NCBI GenBank assembly: GCA_044354025.1 | Contig: JBILAW010000001.1 | Span: 1 to 57,533, forward strand | Length of the DNA stretch: 57,533 nt | Direction: 5' to 3' | Source of the DNA: Sediminibacterium sp. | Lineage (GTDB): Bacteria; Bacteroidota; Bacteroidia; Chitinophagales; Chitinophagaceae | Shown here: positions 9,868 through 20,950 of the stretch, piece by piece | Layout: the number at the start of each line of letters is the position of its first letter | How positions within the stretch are numbered: the first letter of the stretch is position 1 | Made by a program: the position numbers and the translations under genes | Notes under the pieces: model-generated | What the model was told of the DNA's origin: nothing | Seen by the model: only the letters and a program-made list of their open reading frames with translations | Databases searched by the model: none

Positions 9868-10962
9868 ATGCAAAAAAATATATTAATTACGGGAGGGGCA
9901 GGATTTATAGGATCGCATGTAGTTCGTTTAATGGTCACCAAATATCCTGCGTATCAAATCTTTAATTTAGATACCTTGACGTATGCTGGTAATTTGGAGA
10001 ATTTAAAGGACATTGAAAAATCACCTAACTATCATTTCGTAAAGGCCAACATATTAGAAGCAGATGCTTTGAAAGTAATTTTCGAAAAACATGCAATAAC
10101 AGATGTGATCCATTTGGCTGCAGAATCGCATGTTGACCGTTCTATTATTTCTCCATTGGACTTTGTGTATACCAATGTAATTGGTACCGTTAATTTATTG
10201 AACACCGCCAAGGAATACTGGAAAGGAGAGATGAGTTACGAAACTGCACATGATGGAAGTTGGCATAATAAAAGGGATCATTTATTTTATCATATTTCAA
10301 CAGATGAAGTTTATGGAAGTTTAGGCAAAGAAGGGTTGTTTACCGAAACAACTGCTTACGATCCTAATTCACCCTACTCTGCAAGTAAAGCGGCGAGCGA
10401 TCATTTTGTAAGAGCCTATGGAGAGACCTATCATTTGCCGATTGTAGTTTCCAACTGTTCTAATAACTATGGGCCTAATCATTTCCCTGAAAAATTAATC
10501 CCCTTATTCATACATAATATCATCAATAAAAAAGCATTGCCAGTGTATGGTGATGGTTTGTACACCCGTGATTGGTTGTATGTAATTGACCATGCGCGCG
10601 CCATTGATTTGATATTCCATGAAGGTAAAAAAGGTGATACGTACAATATTGGTGGATTCAATGAATGGACCAATATTGATTTAGTGAAATTGTTATGTAC
10701 GCAAATGGATGAGAAATTAGGTAGGGCAAAAGGAGAGAGCGAAAGCTTGATTGCCTATGTGAAAGACCGTCCAGGACATGATCGCCGTTATGCGATTGAT
10801 GCCACTAAGCTAAATAAGGAATTAGGTTGGAGCCCATCGGTTACTTTTGAGCAAGGCTTAGCAGCCACCATTGATTGGTATTTACAAAATACGGCTTGGT
10901 TGGAGAATGTAACGAGTGGAGCATATCAACAATACTATAACGAAATGTATAACAATAGATAA
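9868..10962 (+). CDS. rfbB: dTDP-glucose 4,6-dehydratase
   Basis: GGAGFIG, HLAAESHVDRSI, STDEVYG, YSASK, DRPGHDRRYA. Confidence 0.97.
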   Translation: MQKNILITGGAGFIGSHVVRLMVTKYPAYQIFNLDTLTYAGNLENLKDIEKSPNYHFVKANILEADALKVIFEKHAITDVIHLAAESHVDRSIISPLDFVYTNVIGTVNLLNTAKEYWKGEMSYETAHDGSWHNKRDHLFYHISTDEVYGSLGKEGLFTETTAYDPNSPYSASKAASDHFVRAYGETYHLPIVVSNCSNNYGPNHFPEKLIPLFIHNIINKKALPVYGDGLYTRDWLYVIDHARAIDLIFHEGKKGDTYNIGGFNEWTNIDLVKLLCTQMDEKLGRAKGESESLIAYVKDRPGHDRRYAIDATKLNKELGWSPSVTFEQGLAATIDWYLQNTAWLENVTSGAYQQYYNEMYNNR

Positions 10963-11084
10963 TGAGGGGATTTATATAGAATGGGCTTCTTTGATAAAGC
11001 ACATTTATTAGTTTTAGCCGATAAATATGCTAAATGTAGTTATAGTTGGAATTTGAAATTAATTACAAATTAATAATTTATAAA

Positions 11085-12191
11085 TTGAAAAAAGCAATAG
11101 TCACCGGAATTACAGGCCAAGATGGGGCATATTTAGCCGAATTCTTATTAAACAAAGGGTATGAAGTTCATGGAATAAAAAGAAGGTCATCTTTGTTTAA
11201 TACTCAGAGAATTGATCATATTTATGAAGACCCTCATATTCCAGATAGGCATCTTCATTTACATTATGGCGACTTAACCGATAGCACGAACTTAATTAGG
11301 ATTATTCAAGAAGTTCAACCAGATGAGATTTACAACTTGGCAGCCATGAGTCATGTACATGTTAGTTTTGAAGAACCAGAATATACTGCAAATGCTGATG
11401 GTATTGGTACGCTTAGAATTTTAGAAGCAGTAAGGTTATTGGGCTTGACTAAGAAAACAAAAATATACCAAGCATCTACTTCGGAATTATATGGATTAGT
11501 TCAAGCAGTGCCTCAATCTGAAACAACACCATTCTATCCGCGTTCTCCTTATGCGGTTGCAAAATTGTATGCATACTGGATAACAGTTAATTATAGAGAA
11601 GCATATAACATGTATGCTTGTAATGGTATATTGTTTAATCATGAATCACCACAAAGAGGTGAAACTTTTGTAACAAGAAAAATCACAAGAGCAACTGCAA
11701 AAATTGCTTTAGGAATGGACAACTGTTTGTATTTAGGAAATTTAGATGCAAGAAGGGACTGGGGTCATGCAAAGGATTATATAGAGGGAATGTATTTAAT
11801 TTTACAACAAGAAAAACCCGAGGACTTTGTTTTAGCGACAGGCATAACTACTACTATACGTGATTTTGTGAAAATGAGTTTTGCAGAGTTGGGGATTGAG
11901 TTAGGATTTAGAGGTAAAGATGAAGCAGAGGAAGGTTACGTTGTTAAAAATACTGGTGAGTACAAATTGGAAGAAGGTGAAGTAGTTGTTAAAGTAGACC
12001 CCCAATATTATAGACCAACTGAAGTTGATTTATTAATAGGAGATCCAACTAAAGCTATGACTAAATTAGGCTGGAAACCTAAGTATAACTTAGCAACTCT
12101 TGTAAAGGAGATGGTGGCATGTGATATTATTTTGTTCAAAAAGGAGTTACACAATAAAAACTTGGATTATAATAATGGCATAAGCTTATAA
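11085..12191 (+). CDS. gmd: GDP-mannose 4,6-dehydratase
   Basis: [40 protein letters not shown]; start probably TTG at 11085. Confidence 0.97.
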   Translation: MKKAIVTGITGQDGAYLAEFLLNKGYEVHGIKRRSSLFNTQRIDHIYEDPHIPDRHLHLHYGDLTDSTNLIRIIQEVQPDEIYNLAAMSHVHVSFEEPEYTANADGIGTLRILEAVRLLGLTKKTKIYQASTSELYGLVQAVPQSETTPFYPRSPYAVAKLYAYWITVNYREAYNMYACNGILFNHESPQRGETFVTRKITRATAKIALGMDNCLYLGNLDARRDWGHAKDYIEGMYLILQQEKPEDFVLATGITTTIRDFVKMSFAELGIELGFRGKDEAEEGYVVKNTGEYKLEEGEVVVKVDPQYYRPTEVDLLIGDPTKAMTKLGWKPKYNLATLVKEMVACDIILFKKELHNKNLDYNNGISL

Positions 12192-12277
12192 AAACACTTT
12201 CTAGGTTTACGTTTTATAATAAACGTAGAAAATAAAATTTATTTGAACTTATTATTATTTTTTTTAAATTAAAAATT

Positions 12278-13054
12278 ATGAAAGTAGTTATTCTTGCCGG
12301 TGGCTTAGGAACAAGATTATCTGAAGAAACTACTCTCAAGCCTAAACCAATGGTAGAGGTTGGGGGTATGCCAATTTTATGGCACATTATGAAAATTTAT
12401 TCTTATTATGGATACAATGATTTTGTAATCTGTTTAGGATATAAGGGATATTTAATTAAAGAATTTTTTAATAATTATTTTTTACATAGGTCTGATATAA
12501 CCGTTGATTTAAAAAACAATAAAGTGATTTTCAATGAGTCAGATGCCGAACCATGGACAATCACTTTAGTTGATACTGGTGTTAATTCAATGACTGGTGG
12601 TAGAGTAAAAAGAATTCAAAAACATATCGGAAATGAGCCATTTTTTCTAACATATGGTGACGGTTTGTCAGATGTTGATATTTTTGCATTATTGGAAACA
12701 CATAAAAAAGGAAAAAAGTATTTGACAGTTACTTCGGTGCAACCTAATGGTAGATTCGGAGCACTCAATCTTTCTCCAACCAATGAAATTCTATCTTTTT
12801 TGGAGAAGCCTAAAGGAGATGGTTCTTGGATTAATGGTGGTTTTTTTGTTTGTCAACCTGAAGTCTTTAATTATATTTCTAATGACGAAACAGTTTTTGA
12901 AAAAGATCCTATGGAGTCATTGGCAAAAGAAGGGCAAATGCAAGCATATTTGCACCATGGCTTTTGGAAGCCAATGGATACATTACGTGACAAAATTGAA
13001 TTAGAAGAGCTTTGGAGCTTAAATGATAAAACACCTTGGAAAAAATGGCAATAA
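12278..13054 (+). CDS. rfbF: Glucose-1-phosphate cytidylyltransferase
   Basis: LAGGLGTRLSEET..KPKPMVE, MTGGRVKR, GFWKPMDTLRDK. Confidence 0.95.
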   Translation: MKVVILAGGLGTRLSEETTLKPKPMVEVGGMPILWHIMKIYSYYGYNDFVICLGYKGYLIKEFFNNYFLHRSDITVDLKNNKVIFNESDAEPWTITLVDTGVNSMTGGRVKRIQKHIGNEPFFLTYGDGLSDVDIFALLETHKKGKKYLTVTSVQPNGRFGALNLSPTNEILSFLEKPKGDGSWINGGFFVCQPEVFNYISNDETVFEKDPMESLAKEGQMQAYLHHGFWKPMDTLRDKIELEELWSLNDKTPWKKWQ

Positions 13055-14133
13055 TTTTTGATGAATTAAAGAAAATATATAAAGGCAAGAAAGTATTCCT
13101 AACTGGACATACTGGATTTAAAGGTTCTTGGCTTTTAAAAACATTAAACTTACTAGAGGCCGATGTTATGGGTTATGCGTTAGAGCCAAAAACCGAAAAT
13201 GACCTTTTTTATTTATTAAATGGAGATAAGATTTGTAATTCAATAATAGCAGATTTAAGAGACAAAAACACCTTAGAAAAGGAGTTAATTAAATTTGAGC
13301 CAGACTTTGTATTTCATTTAGCTGCTCAGCCATTAGTAAGACTTTCATATGAAATTCCAGTAGAGACTTTTGAAGTTAATGTTATGGGGACTATAAATGT
13401 TTTAGAATCAATTAAATTATTGAAAAAAAAATGTTCAATTGTTATTATTACTACTGATAAAGTATACCAAAATAACGAGTGGGATTATCCTTATAGAGAA
13501 AATGATAGACTTGGCGGATTTGATCCTTACAGTGCAAGCAAGGCTTGTGTAGAATTAGTAGTTAATTCATACAGAAATTCTTTTTTCAATTTGAATAATT
13601 ATACTGAACACTTAAAGTCTATTGCGGTTGGCAGAGCTGGGAATGTGATAGGTGGTGGTGATTGGTCAAAAGATAGATTGATTCCTGATATTGCTAAAGC
13701 ATTCTCAAAAGATGAACCTGTGTTAGTAAGAAATCCTAAATCAATAAGACCATGGCAACATGTACTTGAGCCAATTATTGGATATTTAACATTAGGAGCT
13801 AAACTTGAAGAAACACCAAGTTACTATAGTCAGGCCTATAATTTTGGGCCATATCTTACAGACACTCTTACCGTCAAGGAAATGATAAAGCTAGTAATAA
13901 AGACGTGGGGTAAAGGAGAATTTGTAGAAGAACAAAGTTTAAATGAATATCACGAAGCTGGTTTATTAAAATTAGATATAAGTAAAACGAATTCCGATCT
14001 AAAATGGTATCCTAAAACAAATGCTTTTAGAGCTGTGGGTTTAACAATAGACTGGTATAAAGAATTTTATTTGAATCGAGCTAATATAGAAAATTTTACT
14101 TCAAATCAAATATTGGACTTCATAAATGAATAA
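13045..14133 (+). CDS. rfbG: CDP-glucose 4,6-dehydratase
   Basis: TGHTGFKGSWL, HLAAQPLVRLSY, TTDKVY, RAGNVIGGGDW, RPWQHVLEP; start probably ATG at 13045. Confidence 0.95.
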   Translation: MAIIFDELKKIYKGKKVFLTGHTGFKGSWLLKTLNLLEADVMGYALEPKTENDLFYLLNGDKICNSIIADLRDKNTLEKELIKFEPDFVFHLAAQPLVRLSYEIPVETFEVNVMGTINVLESIKLLKKKCSIVIITTDKVYQNNEWDYPYRENDRLGGFDPYSASKACVELVVNSYRNSFFNLNNYTEHLKSIAVGRAGNVIGGGDWSKDRLIPDIAKAFSKDEPVLVRNPKSIRPWQHVLEPIIGYLTLGAKLEETPSYYSQAYNFGPYLTDTLTVKEMIKLVIKTWGKGEFVEEQSLNEYHEAGLLKLDISKTNSDLKWYPKTNAFRAVGLTIDWYKEFYLNRANIENFTSNQILDFINE

Positions 14134-15046
14134 AATATTGATAACTGGTATCACTGGTTTTGTTGGCTCACAACTAGCAGAAACACTTGTGGAAAATAAT
14201 TTCAAAGTAATTGGATTAAAAAGAAGTAGATCGAATATATGGAGATGTGAAGAGTTTAAGGACAAAATAACTTGGGTTGATATAGACGGGGAAGTTGATT
14301 ACAAAAACGCACTTGAGGTACTTGGATTTGATATCCTAGTACATTGTGCTTGGATAGGAGTAGAAACTGATGAAAGACTTATTTGGGATTTACAATTAAA
14401 AAATTTGACATTTTTATCTGAGTTATTGCAAATATCTAAAAAAGTAAATGTTAAAAAAATTATAGTACTAGGATCTCAGGCTGAATATGGGGAATTTGAA
14501 GGAAAAATTTCTGAAACTTATCCAACAAATCCGTTAAATGCATATTCTGCAATTAAACTTGCTTGCTTAGAATTAACAAAAAACTTCGCAAATATTAATG
14601 ATATAAAATGGATTTGGATTCGTGTATTTTCGTTGTTTGGCGAAAAAGAAGGAATCAATTGGCTTATTCCTAATACATTAAATTCAATAAAAAATAATAT
14701 CAAATTAGAATTAACACCTGGTGAACAAAAGTATTCGTATTTGTATATAAAAGATTTCGCCGAAGTAGTCTATAAAATTATTTATAAAAATGTTGATTCA
14801 GGGGTTTACAATGTTTCATCAGTAATTTCATTTTCAATTAAATCAATTGTCACACAAATTAGGAATATAGTGAATCCTTCATTTGAATTGAAATTTGGAA
14901 CATTAGAATATAGAGAAAATCAATCAATGCATATTGAGGGGGATATGAAAAAACTTGAAGATCAAATCGGAAAAATTCATTTTACTGATTTCAATGTAGC
15001 AATTGAAAATACTATTAATTATTTTTTAAATAAAAAATTAAGTTGA
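14126..15046 (+). CDS. NAD(P)-dependent extended SDR reductase/epimerase (YerF-like by context)
   Basis: GITGFVG, GSQAEYG, YSAIK (YxxxK); located between rfbG and the ThDP enzyme. Confidence 0.7.
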   Translation: MNKILITGITGFVGSQLAETLVENNFKVIGLKRSRSNIWRCEEFKDKITWVDIDGEVDYKNALEVLGFDILVHCAWIGVETDERLIWDLQLKNLTFLSELLQISKKVNVKKIIVLGSQAEYGEFEGKISETYPTNPLNAYSAIKLACLELTKNFANINDIKWIWIRVFSLFGEKEGINWLIPNTLNSIKNNIKLELTPGEQKYSYLYIKDFAEVVYKIIYKNVDSGVYNVSSVISFSIKSIVTQIRNIVNPSFELKFGTLEYRENQSMHIEGDMKKLEDQIGKIHFTDFNVAIENTINYFLNKKLS

Positions 15047-16761
15047 AAGCGTCAGACTACATAGCAAAAACCTTAGAAAAAAAGGGAATTAAATTCGTCT
15101 TTGAATTATCTGGTGGCATGATAACCCATATTCTGGATTCATTAAATCAACAAACAGCGATACAAATAATTTCTATGCATCACGAACAAACTGCTGCTTT
15201 TGCGGCAGAAGGTTTTGCAAGAATGACAGGAATCCCTGGGATAGCTTTGGCAACATCTGGACCGGGCGCAACAAATTTACTAACTGGAATCGGTAGTTGC
15301 TATTTTGACTCAGTTCCATGTATTTTCATTACAGGTCAAGTTAATAGACATGAAATGAAGTTAGAAAGAAATATAAGACAATTAGGATTTCAGGAAACAG
15401 ACATAGTATCTATGGCAAAACCGATTACAAAAGCATGCTTCCAAATAATAGATCCAAATGAATTACCAAATATATTAGAACTTGCTTTTGAAATTTCAAC
15501 TTCAGGACGTCCTGGGCCAGTTTTAATAGATATACCAATGGATGTACAGCGATCAAATATTGAAATTGCACCTTTTAACAATGAAACTAAAGAATTAATA
15601 GACTTTAAAATGAGTTTAATATATGATTTAATTAATGATATTAATAATTCAAAGAAACCTCTAATTCTTTGTGGAAGAGGTATAAGAGCTTCTAATAGTA
15701 TTGTACTTTTTAAGAATTTTGCTACAACAACAAAAATACCAATAGTAACTTCTTTGTTAGGTTTGGATGTTATTTCGTATGAAGATTCTCAAAGAGTCGG
15801 TTTTATTGGAAGTTATGGAAACCGATGGTCAAATATAGCCTTAGGGAATTGTGATTTATTAATCGTTTTAGGGTCGAGGCTAGATATTCGACAAACAGGG
15901 GCAGATACTAATTATTTTCAAAATAGAAAAATTTATCATATCGACTGTGAAAAAGATGAGATTAATAATAGAATTATTGGGTGTGTTCCTATTATTTCTG
16001 ATTTAAAATATTTTTTCGAAAAGTTTAATAAAATTGCTTGCGATCATGAATTTGAAATTAAGTCAGATTGGGTTAAATTTATTGAAGAAGAAAAATTGAA
16101 ATGGCCAGACACTAAAGAAGTATCTGCAATTGGAATTAATCCAAATGTTTTTATGCATCTCTTATCAAGTAATTCCCAAAAAGCTGCAGCATACCTTGCA
16201 GATGTTGGAAGTCATCAAATGTGGGCAGCACAATCCTTAGAAATTGGAATAAATCAACAATTTTTGACATCTGGTGGAATGGGAGCGATGGGCTTTTCCT
16301 TGCCTGCTTCAATAGGAGCTTGCTTAGCTGTGAACAAATCGCCAGTAATAGTATTAATTGGCGATGGTTGTATGCAACTAAACATACAAGAATTACAAAC
16401 AATCTCAAGAAACAAATTACCAATTAAGATTATTGTTTTTAATAATGAATCTTTGGGGATGATCAGACAATTTCAAGATTCTTATTTTGAATCAAGATAT
16501 CAATCAACATCTTGGGGTTATAGTGCTCCGGACTTTGAAAAAGTTGCAATCGCTTATGGAATTGAAGCAAAAACAATCAATAATGAAAATGAAGTTTTAA
16601 GTGCGATTAATTGGCTTTGGGAATCTAAAAATGAATCTCAACCTCAATTATTACAAGTAATGATTAATCCTCAAACCAATACATATCCCAAACTTGCATT
16701 TGGCCGACCTATTACAGAAATGGAACCATTTGTTAAGCCACTAGATATGGAAGGAACATAA
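15043..16761 (+). CDS. Thiamine-diphosphate-dependent acetolactate-synthase-like enzyme (YerE-like)
   Basis: HHEQ catalytic Glu, TSGPGATN, GRPGPVLIDIP, GDG..NN ThDP motif; embedded among CDP-3,6-dideoxyhexose genes; TTG start. Confidence 0.8.
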   Translation: MKASDYIAKTLEKKGIKFVFELSGGMITHILDSLNQQTAIQIISMHHEQTAAFAAEGFARMTGIPGIALATSGPGATNLLTGIGSCYFDSVPCIFITGQVNRHEMKLERNIRQLGFQETDIVSMAKPITKACFQIIDPNELPNILELAFEISTSGRPGPVLIDIPMDVQRSNIEIAPFNNETKELIDFKMSLIYDLINDINNSKKPLILCGRGIRASNSIVLFKNFATTTKIPIVTSLLGLDVISYEDSQRVGFIGSYGNRWSNIALGNCDLLIVLGSRLDIRQTGADTNYFQNRKIYHIDCEKDEINNRIIGCVPIISDLKYFFEKFNKIACDHEFEIKSDWVKFIEEEKLKWPDTKEVSAIGINPNVFMHLLSSNSQKAAAYLADVGSHQMWAAQSLEIGINQQFLTSGGMGAMGFSLPASIGACLAVNKSPVIVLIGDGCMQLNIQELQTISRNKLPIKIIVFNNESLGMIRQFQDSYFESRYQSTSWGYSAPDFEKVAIAYGIEAKTINNENEVLSAINWLWESKNESQPQLLQVMINPQTNTYPKLAFGRPITEMEPFVKPLDMEGT

Positions 16762-16773
16762 ACAAAAAATTGT

Positions 16774-18090
16774 ATGATAAAAAATTTAAATAATGAAGCG
16801 ATAATTTCTAGTTTAAGAAATATAGTGAAAGTGAAAGTTAATAAAACTATAATACCAGGTCAAGATTACATACCGGTTACTGGGAAAGTTTTAGATGAAG
16901 ATGATATATTAATGGGAGTAGATTCAATGCTTGATGCATGGCTAACGGCAGGAAGATATTCAGAAGAATTTGAAAGAAGACTTGCAAGATATATGGGATC
17001 TAGATTTTCATTTTTAGTTAATTCAGGTTCTTCTGCTAATTTATTAGCATTTTATGCTTTGACTTCCCCTAAATTAGGAGAAAAAGCTATAAAGCCAGGA
17101 GATGAGATAATTACAGTTGCAGCTGGATTTCCTACAACAATTAATCCAATGCTGCAATACGGATGCATACCAGTTTTTTTAGATATAGACATACCAACCT
17201 ATAATATCAAAGCTGATCAAATTGAATCAGCAATTACACCCAAGACAAAAGCGATAATGCTTGCTCATACTTTAGGAAATCCATTTAATTTGGATATTGT
17301 AATGGCAGTTGCAAAAAAATATAACTTATGGGTTATCGAAGATGACTGTGATTCTTTGGGCGCTACCTATAATGATAAAAAAACAGGAACATTTGGTGAT
17401 CTTGCAACATTATCTTTTTATCCTGCCCATCATATAACTATGGGGGAAGGAGGTGCGGTTTTAGTAAATAATACACAATTAAAAAAAATAACTGAAAGTT
17501 TTAGAGATTGGGGTAGAGATTGTTGGTGTCCGCCAGGAAAAGATAATACATGTGGTGAAAGATATTGTCAAAAGCTAGGTGATTTACCAGAAGGGTATGA
17601 TCATAAGTATACTTATAGTCATATAGGATTTAATTTAAAAGCGACAGATATGCAAGCTGCAGTTGGGTTAAGTCAATTAAATAAAGCTGATTCTTTTATT
17701 GAAAAGAGAAGGTTTAATCATAGTTTATTATACACTAAGTTCAAGTCCTTAGAAGAGTATTTTATTTTACCAGAACCAACCCTAAATTCTAATCCAAGCT
17801 GGTTTGGCTTTATGTTAACAATAAGAGATGGGATTAAAATAGATAGAAATGACTTAGTTGAGCATTTAGAAAAAAATAAAATTGGCACTAGATTGCTGTT
17901 TGGCGGAAATCTTACAAAACAACCTGCCTATAAGAATTCAAATTATCGAGTTTTAAATTCTTTAGAGAATACAGATAAAATAATGAATGATGGATTTTGG
18001 TTGGGTGTATGGCCTGGTTTGAATATAGAACACTATGATTATATTTTGAATGTTTTAAATTCTTACTTGAAAAATAAACAGTTATTATAA
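16774..18090 (+). CDS. rfbH: CDP-4-keto-6-deoxyglucose 3-dehydrase (E1, DdhC)
   Basis: NSGSSANL; [14 protein letters not shown] with His in place of the PLP Lys; Cys cluster [13 protein letters not shown]. Confidence 0.95.
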   Translation: MIKNLNNEAIISSLRNIVKVKVNKTIIPGQDYIPVTGKVLDEDDILMGVDSMLDAWLTAGRYSEEFERRLARYMGSRFSFLVNSGSSANLLAFYALTSPKLGEKAIKPGDEIITVAAGFPTTINPMLQYGCIPVFLDIDIPTYNIKADQIESAITPKTKAIMLAHTLGNPFNLDIVMAVAKKYNLWVIEDDCDSLGATYNDKKTGTFGDLATLSFYPAHHITMGEGGAVLVNNTQLKKITESFRDWGRDCWCPPGKDNTCGERYCQKLGDLPEGYDHKYTYSHIGFNLKATDMQAAVGLSQLNKADSFIEKRRFNHSLLYTKFKSLEEYFILPEPTLNSNPSWFGFMLTIRDGIKIDRNDLVEHLEKNKIGTRLLFGGNLTKQPAYKNSNYRVLNSLENTDKIMNDGFWLGVWPGLNIEHYDYILNVLNSYLKNKQLL

Positions 18091-18146
18091 ACTAAAATCG
18101 ACAATTCCTCATTATTAAATCTAATTAAGAGACAAATTTTTTACAT

Positions 18147-19076
18147 ATGAAATTAATAAGTGTTGTAACTCCGTGTTATAATGAAGAGGAAAACGTAGAG
18201 TCAGTTTATAAGCAAGTAAAACAAGTATTTATAAATTTACCTAACTATGAATATGAACACATCTTTATTGATAACTCCTCAACAGACAACACTGTAAAAA
18301 TACTCAAAGAAATAGCAAAAAAAGATCATCATTTAAAAATAATTATTAATATCAGAAATTTCGGTCATATTCGATCTCCATATCATGGTATACTTCAAAG
18401 TAATGGTGATGCTACAATTTTACTTGTTGCAGACTTGCAAGACCCTCCAATATTAATTAATGATTATATCAGTAAATGGGAACAAGGCTATGATATTGTT
18501 ATTGGAACAAAGGCAAAAAGCAAAGAAAATCAATTAATGTTTTTGATTAGAAAAATATTTTACAATACTATATCTAAAATATCTGAAACAGACCAAATTA
18601 AGAATTTTACCGGTTTTGGACTATACGATAAATCCTTTGTTGATATTTTGAAAACAATTGATGAACCCTATCCCTATTTTAGAGGATTAATCTCTGAACT
18701 AGGGTTTAATCGGGTAGAAATACCATATGAACAACCTAAACGCGAAAAAGGTAAAACGAACAATAATTTCTACACTCTTTATGATATAGCGATGTTAGGT
18801 TTTATTAACTATTCAAAATTGCCTCTAAGAATGGCAGCTTTTATAGGATTTGCTGTTTCTTTTTTAAGTATATTAACTGCAATTGGATATTTTATTGCAA
18901 AAATTATCTTTTGGAATACCTTCTCAATTGGAGTGGCACCACTTGTAGTTGGCTTTTTCTTTTTAGGAGGAATTCAATTATTCTTTTTGGGTATTATAGG
19001 TGAATATATTGGTGCAATTTTCACACAAGTCAAAAAAAGACCGCTTGTAGTTGAAAAAGAAAGAATCAATTTTTAA
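18147..19076 (+). CDS. GT2 bactoprenol glycosyltransferase (GtrB/ArnC-like)
   Basis: PCYNEEEN, RNFG, ADLQDPP, two C-terminal TM helices, GIIGEYIG..KKRP. Confidence 0.85.
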   Translation: MKLISVVTPCYNEEENVESVYKQVKQVFINLPNYEYEHIFIDNSSTDNTVKILKEIAKKDHHLKIIINIRNFGHIRSPYHGILQSNGDATILLVADLQDPPILINDYISKWEQGYDIVIGTKAKSKENQLMFLIRKIFYNTISKISETDQIKNFTGFGLYDKSFVDILKTIDEPYPYFRGLISELGFNRVEIPYEQPKREKGKTNNNFYTLYDIAMLGFINYSKLPLRMAAFIGFAVSFLSILTAIGYFIAKIIFWNTFSIGVAPLVVGFFFLGGIQLFFLGIIGEYIGAIFTQVKKRPLVVEKERINF

Positions 19077-19170
19077 AATAGAAAATATTAAGCTGATACT
19101 AATTGAGACTAATGGCTTAATGAATTTCTTTATTAAAAGTTAAATAATTCAATTAATAAAATCATAATAA

Positions 19171-20196
19171 ATGGAAAATTTACTTAACCTGAATCATAAA
19201 AGTATTCTTATTACTGGTGGAACAGGTTCGCTGGGGCAGGCGCTTACAGAAACAATTTTAAAACGATGGCCAAACGTTGAAAGATTAGTAATTTATTCAA
19301 GAGATGAGCAAAAACAGTTTATAATGGCTCAAAAGTATCCTGAGTCGAAATACCCTCAATTACGTTTCTTTATTGGAGATGTTAGAGACCATGATAGATT
19401 AAAAAGAGCATTTAAAGGAGTTGATTATGTAATTCATGCTGCTGCAATGAAACATGTTCATATAGCTGAATATAATCCAGATGAGTGTGTAAAAACAAAC
19501 ATTTTTGGAGCACAAAATGTCATTTCAAGTGCAATAGAATGTGGTGTACAAAGTGTTGTGGCTCTTTCAACTGATAAAGCATGTGCTCCAATCAATTTAT
19601 ATGGAGCTACCAAACTAGCATCAGACAAATTATTTGTAGCAGCAAATAGCTTAAAAGGAAAAAATTCAATTAAATTTTCTGTGGTGCGGTATGGAAATGT
19701 AATGGGTTCAAATGGATCAGTAATTCCCTTTTTTATTAATAAAAAAAAAGAAGGTGTAATTCCAATTACAGATTCCAATATGACTAGATTCAATATTTCA
19801 ATTATTGATGGAGTAGAATTAGTTTTACATGCTCTCGAAAATGCATGGGGAGGAGAAATATTTATACCAAAAATACCTTCTTATAGAATTTTAGATCTTG
19901 CAAAAGCAATAGCTCCTAATTGTAAAACTGAAATAATTGGAATCAGACCTGGAGAAAAAATACATGAAGAAATGATTACAACTTCTGACTCATTTAATAC
20001 TTATGAAATTGGAAATAATTATGTTATTTTACCATCAATTCCACAATGGAGTGTTAGCGAATTTTTAGAAAAAAACAACGCAAAAGCAGTACCTATTGGT
20101 TTTAAATATAATTCAGGTGAAAATACTGAATGGTTACAAATTGAAGAAATTAGAAATTTAATCATTAAACATATTGATCCTAAGTTTATTTTTTAA
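19171..20196 (+). CDS. pseB: UDP-N-acetylglucosamine 4,6-dehydratase (inverting)
   Basis: TGGTGS, SRDEQKQ, HAAAMKHV..AEYNP, STDKA..PINLYGATK, RPGEKIHE. Confidence 0.9.
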   Translation: MENLLNLNHKSILITGGTGSLGQALTETILKRWPNVERLVIYSRDEQKQFIMAQKYPESKYPQLRFFIGDVRDHDRLKRAFKGVDYVIHAAAMKHVHIAEYNPDECVKTNIFGAQNVISSAIECGVQSVVALSTDKACAPINLYGATKLASDKLFVAANSLKGKNSIKFSVVRYGNVMGSNGSVIPFFINKKKEGVIPITDSNMTRFNISIIDGVELVLHALENAWGGEIFIPKIPSYRILDLAKAIAPNCKTEIIGIRPGEKIHEEMITTSDSFNTYEIGNNYVILPSIPQWSVSEFLEKNNAKAVPIGFKYNSGENTEWLQIEEIRNLIIKHIDPKFIF

Positions 20197-20937
20197 ATGA
20201 ATCATATTGTCGCAATTATTCAAGCAAGAACAAGCTCTACTAGATTTCCAAACAAAGTATTTGCAGATTTATGTGGTAAACCTTTGATTTGGCACGTCTT
20301 CAATAGGATTCAATCATCAAGACTTATAGAATCTTTTGTTTTAGCAACTACAAATAATGAACTAGATAATAGTTTGGTTGATTGGGCTCATGAAAATAAT
20401 ATTTTATACTTTCGTGGAGATGAAAATAATGTATTGAAAAGATATTATGATACAGCTAAATATTATAAAGCAAATATAATTGTAAGAATTACATCAGATG
20501 ACCCATTTAAAGATGTTGATATAATTGATAATGTTGTTTCTTTATTAATTAATAATAAATTAGATTTTACTTATAACAATAAACCACCAACATTTCCAGA
20601 AGGAATGGATGTAGAGGCATTTACTTTTGACGCACTTGAGAAGGCATATCTTGAGTCCAATGATGATTTTGAGAAAGAGCATGTTACGCAATTTTTCCAC
20701 AGAAATATCAAATTATTTACAGTAGAAAATTTGATGTATAAAGAAAATCTTTCAAATTATAGATGGACTATAGATACTAAATTAGATTTTGAAATGACCA
20801 AATTAATTTATAATAAACTCTATAATGTCAATAAAATATTTAACATGAATGATATCCTTAATTTATTTGTAAATAATCCTGAAATACCACTTATGAATCA
20901 GTTTGTAGAAAGAAGTCAAATGTATAAACAACTTTAA
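20197..20937 (+). CDS. SpsF-type cytidylyltransferase (putative CMP-nonulosonate synthetase, copy 1)
   Basis: IIQARTSSTRFPNKV, RITSDDP, PEGMDVE, KEHVT, RWTIDT. Confidence 0.8.
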   Translation: MNHIVAIIQARTSSTRFPNKVFADLCGKPLIWHVFNRIQSSRLIESFVLATTNNELDNSLVDWAHENNILYFRGDENNVLKRYYDTAKYYKANIIVRITSDDPFKDVDIIDNVVSLLINNKLDFTYNNKPPTFPEGMDVEAFTFDALEKAYLESNDDFEKEHVTQFFHRNIKLFTVENLMYKENLSNYRWTIDTKLDFEMTKLIYNKLYNVNKIFNMNDILNLFVNNPEIPLMNQFVERSQMYKQL

Positions 20938-20950
20938 AAAATATCTTATT

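Noticed and set aside
15043-16761. Housekeeping acetolactate synthase (ilvB)
   Set aside because: No ilvN/ilvC neighbours; embedded between rfbG and rfbH, so a YerE-like role is more plausible
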